Positions 61,009-64,000 of a stretch of 64,000 nt of DNA are shown here, in pieces. Position 1 is the first letter of the stretch, and every line of letters starts with the position of its first letter. The position numbers were made by a program, and so were the translations under genes. Source of the stretch: Nanobdellota archaeon (GTDB taxonomy: Archaea > Nanobdellota > Nanobdellia > Pacearchaeales > GW2011-AR1); NCBI GenBank assembly GCA_022561055.1, contig JADFRY010000001.1, positions 121,262 through 185,261 on the forward strand. Direction: 5' to 3'. The notes below the pieces were generated by a model that did not search any database, was not told where the DNA came from, and saw only the letters and a list, made by a program, of their open reading frames with translations.

Positions 61009-63717
61009 ATGAAATTTTATAATCGTACGAGTGAGGGCGTCCTCGAGTTTTTTAAAGTAAGTCCGGAAGAGGGATTAACTGAACATGAAGTAATAGCTCA
61101 AAGAGAGACTTACGGAATTAACCGATTGAAAGCAAAGAAAAAAGTAAATCCTTTCATGATATTTATCAACCAATTTCGTAGTTTTATAATTTACATACTT
61201 CTTTTTGCAGTGCTAATATCACTTTTGACAGGAGGTTATATAGATACGATAGTAATACTTGCAATATTATTGTTCAATGCATTTTTTGGTTTCATCCAGG
61301 AATACAAAGCTGAGAAATCAATCGAGGCGCTCAAAAAACTTTCAGGGTTGAAGAGCAGGGTGGTTAGAAATGGAAAAACGATTTTTATTGATACTAAAGA
61401 TTTAGTTCCAGGAGATATAATTCTTTTAGAAGAAGGAGATAAAATTTCTGCTGACTCGAGAATAATTGAAGCAATAAGTCTTCAGGTTATGGAGGCTTCA
61501 TTGACAGGAGAATCAATGCCTGTTGAGAAGAGTGAGAAGGTTTTGGCAGGCGAGTTGACTATTGCAGACAGAAAAAATATGTTGTTTTCTGGGACAGTAG
61601 TCACTAAAGGGAGAGGGAAAGCAGTAGTTACTTCGATAGGAATGAGGACAGAGATAGGGAAAATAGCAGGAATGATAACCGAACTTAAGAAAGAATCGAC
61701 GCCTCTGCAAAAAAAACTTGAGTCTCTTGGGAAATGGATTGGATTAGGGACAATAATAATCTCTATGATGGTGTTTATAGTAGGAGTTACTAAGGAAGGA
61801 TTAATTCCTTTGCTGTTGTCGGGACAATTTTTTGAGTTTATTGTCGAAGCAAAGACGTGGTTTTTGATAGCTATTGCATTGGCAGTGGCGGCTGTCCCAG
61901 AAGGTTTACCGGCAATCGTAACAATAGCTTTGGCACTCGGAGTCAGAAGAATGTTAAAAAGGAATTCTCTAATAAGAAGACTTCCTTCTGTGGAAACACT
62001 CGGTGAAACAAATGTAATCTGCGCTGATAAAACAGGAACATTAACAAGAAACGAGATGACTATAAAAAGAGTTTATACTAATTTGAAAGATATTGAGGTT
62101 GGTGGGGGAGGTTATGAGATAAATGGAAAGGCGACTTGTTCAGGGAAACCGATTAGTGAAAATGACTTGCTTATTTTTCAAATAGGAGTTTTATGTAATA
62201 ATGCTTTATTAGAATTAGATAAAAAGAAATTAAAAATAATTGGAGACCCGACAGAGGCTTCTCTCTTGGTGAGTGCTGAAAAGGCAGGAATAAGACATGA
62301 TAAGTTTAGAAAATTATGGAAGAGAATAGATGAAGAGCCTTTTGATTCTGAGAGAAAAATGATGAGCACAATCAACAAAGACCCAAAAACTGCAAAAGAG
62401 TATGTTTTTACAAAGGGCGCTTCGGAGAGAGTTGTTGAAAAATGCGACAGAATAATGATAAATGGAAGAGTAACGAGATTGAGGGCTGATATTAAGAAAA
62501 AGATACTCGATAAAAATGATGAGTTTGCCAAACAAGCTTTAAGAGTTTTAGCATTTGCTTATAAAGAACATAAAAAAAGTGAGTCATTAGAGTCTAATCT
62601 TATTTTTATTGGTTTGCAGGGTATGAGAGACCCACCGAGGAAGGAAGTTAAGGGTGCTATAAAGACGTGTAAAGAGGCAGGGATAAGAGTAATAATGGTC
62701 ACAGGAGATAACAGACATACGGCAGAAGCCATAGCAAAAGATATAGGAATTATTGGGGAGTCAATCGACGGCATGGAGTTTATGAAATTAAATGGTAGAG
62801 AACAGGCAAAAATAATTTCTGAGGTGTCAATATTCTCGAGAGTTGAACCGGGTCATAAAATGAGAATAGTAGAATTGTTGCAAAAGGAAGGAAATATTGT
62901 GGCAATGACAGGCGACGGAGTCAATGATGCTCCAGCATTAAAAAAGGCAGATATTGGAATCGCCATGGGAATAAAAGGCACAGATGTTGCGAAGGAAACC
63001 AGCGACATGATTTTGTTGGATGACAATTTTGTGAGTATAGTTAGTTCTGTAGAAGAAGGAAGAGGCATTTATGAAAATATAAAGAAATTTGTAAATTATT
63101 TGTTGTCTTCCAATATTGCCGAGGTTCTCGTCATATTTTTGGCAATTTTATTTGGTTGGCATTTGCCTATGACTGCGATAATGCTTTTGTGGATTAACTT
63201 AGTTACAGACGGGCTTCCTGCTTTGTCATTGAGTGTTGACCCGAGTCCAAAAGATTTAATGAAACGCCAGCCAAAAAAAGTCAGAGAGAGAATAATGAAT
63301 AAGTCAATGACTTTTAATGTTCTTTATGTTGCTATTTTAATAACAATAGCAGTACTTGGATTGTTTTATTGGGCTATGATTAGTTATGGCAGTGTTGATA
63401 TGGAAGACGGATTTTATGTGCGAAAGATACAAACTATCGCATTTACGGCGATAATAGTCATGGAATTCGTGAGGCTTTACACAGTAAGGTCAGAGTATCA
63501 TCTTGGAATATTTAGTAATAAATATTTAGTGTTGGCTGTTGTGTTATCTATTGCGTTGCAGTTAATTGTTATTTATACTCCTTTGAATGTTTTCTTTGGC
63601 ACAACTTATCTTTCGGTCAAGGATTGGCTGGCGATAATCGGAGCTAGCGCAGGCGTTTTTGTGCTTAATGTTATTGGAATTGGCTTGAAAAATAAGATTA
63701 AGTGGTTTAGGGAATAG
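61009..63717 (+). CDS. P-type ATPase, type II (Ca2+-transporting, SERCA/PMCA-like)
   Basis: ICADKTGTLT is the phosphorylation site. LTGES, PEGLP, MVTGDN and MTGDGVNDAPALKKADIGIAMG are also present, along with an N-terminal cation-ATPase domain. Confidence 0.9.
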   Translation: MKFYNRTSEGVLEFFKVSPEEGLTEHEVIAQRETYGINRLKAKKKVNPFMIFINQFRSFIIYILLFAVLISLLTGGYIDTIVILAILLFNAFFGFIQEYKAEKSIEALKKLSGLKSRVVRNGKTIFIDTKDLVPGDIILLEEGDKISADSRIIEAISLQVMEASLTGESMPVEKSEKVLAGELTIADRKNMLFSGTVVTKGRGKAVVTSIGMRTEIGKIAGMITELKKESTPLQKKLESLGKWIGLGTIIISMMVFIVGVTKEGLIPLLLSGQFFEFIVEAKTWFLIAIALAVAAVPEGLPAIVTIALALGVRRMLKRNSLIRRLPSVETLGETNVICADKTGTLTRNEMTIKRVYTNLKDIEVGGGGYEINGKATCSGKPISENDLLIFQIGVLCNNALLELDKKKLKIIGDPTEASLLVSAEKAGIRHDKFRKLWKRIDEEPFDSERKMMSTINKDPKTAKEYVFTKGASERVVEKCDRIMINGRVTRLRADIKKKILDKNDEFAKQALRVLAFAYKEHKKSESLESNLIFIGLQGMRDPPRKEVKGAIKTCKEAGIRVIMVTGDNRHTAEAIAKDIGIIGESIDGMEFMKLNGREQAKIISEVSIFSRVEPGHKMRIVELLQKEGNIVAMTGDGVNDAPALKKADIGIAMGIKGTDVAKETSDMILLDDNFVSIVSSVEEGRGIYENIKKFVNYLLSSNIAEVLVIFLAILFGWHLPMTAIMLLWINLVTDGLPALSLSVDPSPKDLMKRQPKKVRERIMNKSMTFNVLYVAILITIAVLGLFYWAMISYGSVDMEDGFYVRKIQTIAFTAIIVMEFVRLYTVRSEYHLGIFSNKYLVLAVVLSIALQLIVIYTPLNVFFGTTYLSVKDWLAIIGASAGVFVLNVIGIGLKNKIKWFRE

Positions 63718-63781
63718 TTTTGGATTTTATCGTATTAGCTAGAAGCAAAAACTATATAAATAATGGACACAATATATTTTT

Positions 63782-64000
63782 ATGAAAAGATTATATTTTG
63801 GTATGATGATTATAATAGCAGGAATTCTGATAATTTCATCAGTGGTTTTGGCATCTAGTAATTTTAGTAAAGAAGAGTATAGAGTAACAGCACAGGATTT
63901 GGCTGAAATACAGGCAGGAAACAGATGGGCAATCCATGATGGAAAATTAGTACAAGCAAAAGTTCTTTTTCATCATAGACCGGGTCATTCTGGTGGCCCT
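63782..64000 (+). CDS. Hypothetical secreted or membrane-anchored protein, partial (continues beyond the window)
   Basis: ATG at 63782, open to the window end. The sequence is MKRLYFGMMIIIAGILIISSVVLASS...VLFHHRPGHSGGP, with a signal-peptide-like N-terminus. Confidence 0.5.
   Translation, partial: MKRLYFGMMIIIAGILIISSVVLASSNFSKEEYRVTAQDLAEIQAGNRWAIHDGKLVQAKVLFHHRPGHSGGP

Noticed and set aside
1-64000. CRISPR arrays, rRNA genes, transposases or integrases, and prophage-like blocks.
   Set aside because: I saw no regularly spaced short repeats and no rRNA-like conserved GC-rich stretches. I saw no DDE, tyrosine or serine recombinase motifs in any listed ORF. The only long repeats are the two surface-protein paralogs.

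Overview
By eye this is a strongly AT-rich, gene-dense archaeal chromosome segment. The archaeal call rests on TBP, TFE, Alba, ribosomal protein eS17, RNA polymerase subunit Rpo11/L, tRNA-splicing endonuclease EndA, RadB, ATP-dependent DNA ligase and an NreA-like repair protein. Small genes, Lys-rich proteins, patchy metabolism and several bacterial-type enzymes suggest a DPANN-like, possibly episymbiotic, lineage; that is inference only. I support about 80 features, including one intron-containing tRNA(CAU). I saw no rRNA, CRISPR array, transposase or integrase. Five observations stand out. (1) Two large paralogous surface proteins lie 12.9 kb apart. Each has a TM anchor, a Cys-containing lectin-like domain, GLUG repeats and a LamG-like domain. 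Their ends are near-identical and their repeat cores are strongly diverged. An orphan promoter copy and a decayed gene relic sit between them. (2) An ArsR-headed eight-gene cluster interleaves three DsbD/CcdA-type membrane thiol transporters with HMA metal-binding modules, a Cys-rich mini-protein and a thioredoxin-fold protein. A fourth DsbD-family gene lies at 59 kb. (3) A compact, compositionally distinct gene set covers only the last steps of purine synthesis (AIR to IMP), with PurH split into two genes and divergent PurE and PurB motifs. (4) LeuRS is bacterial-type, and AlaRS is a short bacterial-type enzyme coupled to a 50-aa zinc-ribbon ORF. (5) Smaller items include an acylphosphatase-UppS fusion, poly-Lys tails on TFE and TBP, three toxin-antitoxin loci (one toxin killed by an in-frame TAG), and several candidate structured non-coding elements. 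All functional calls come from motif recognition by eye; no database search was possible.
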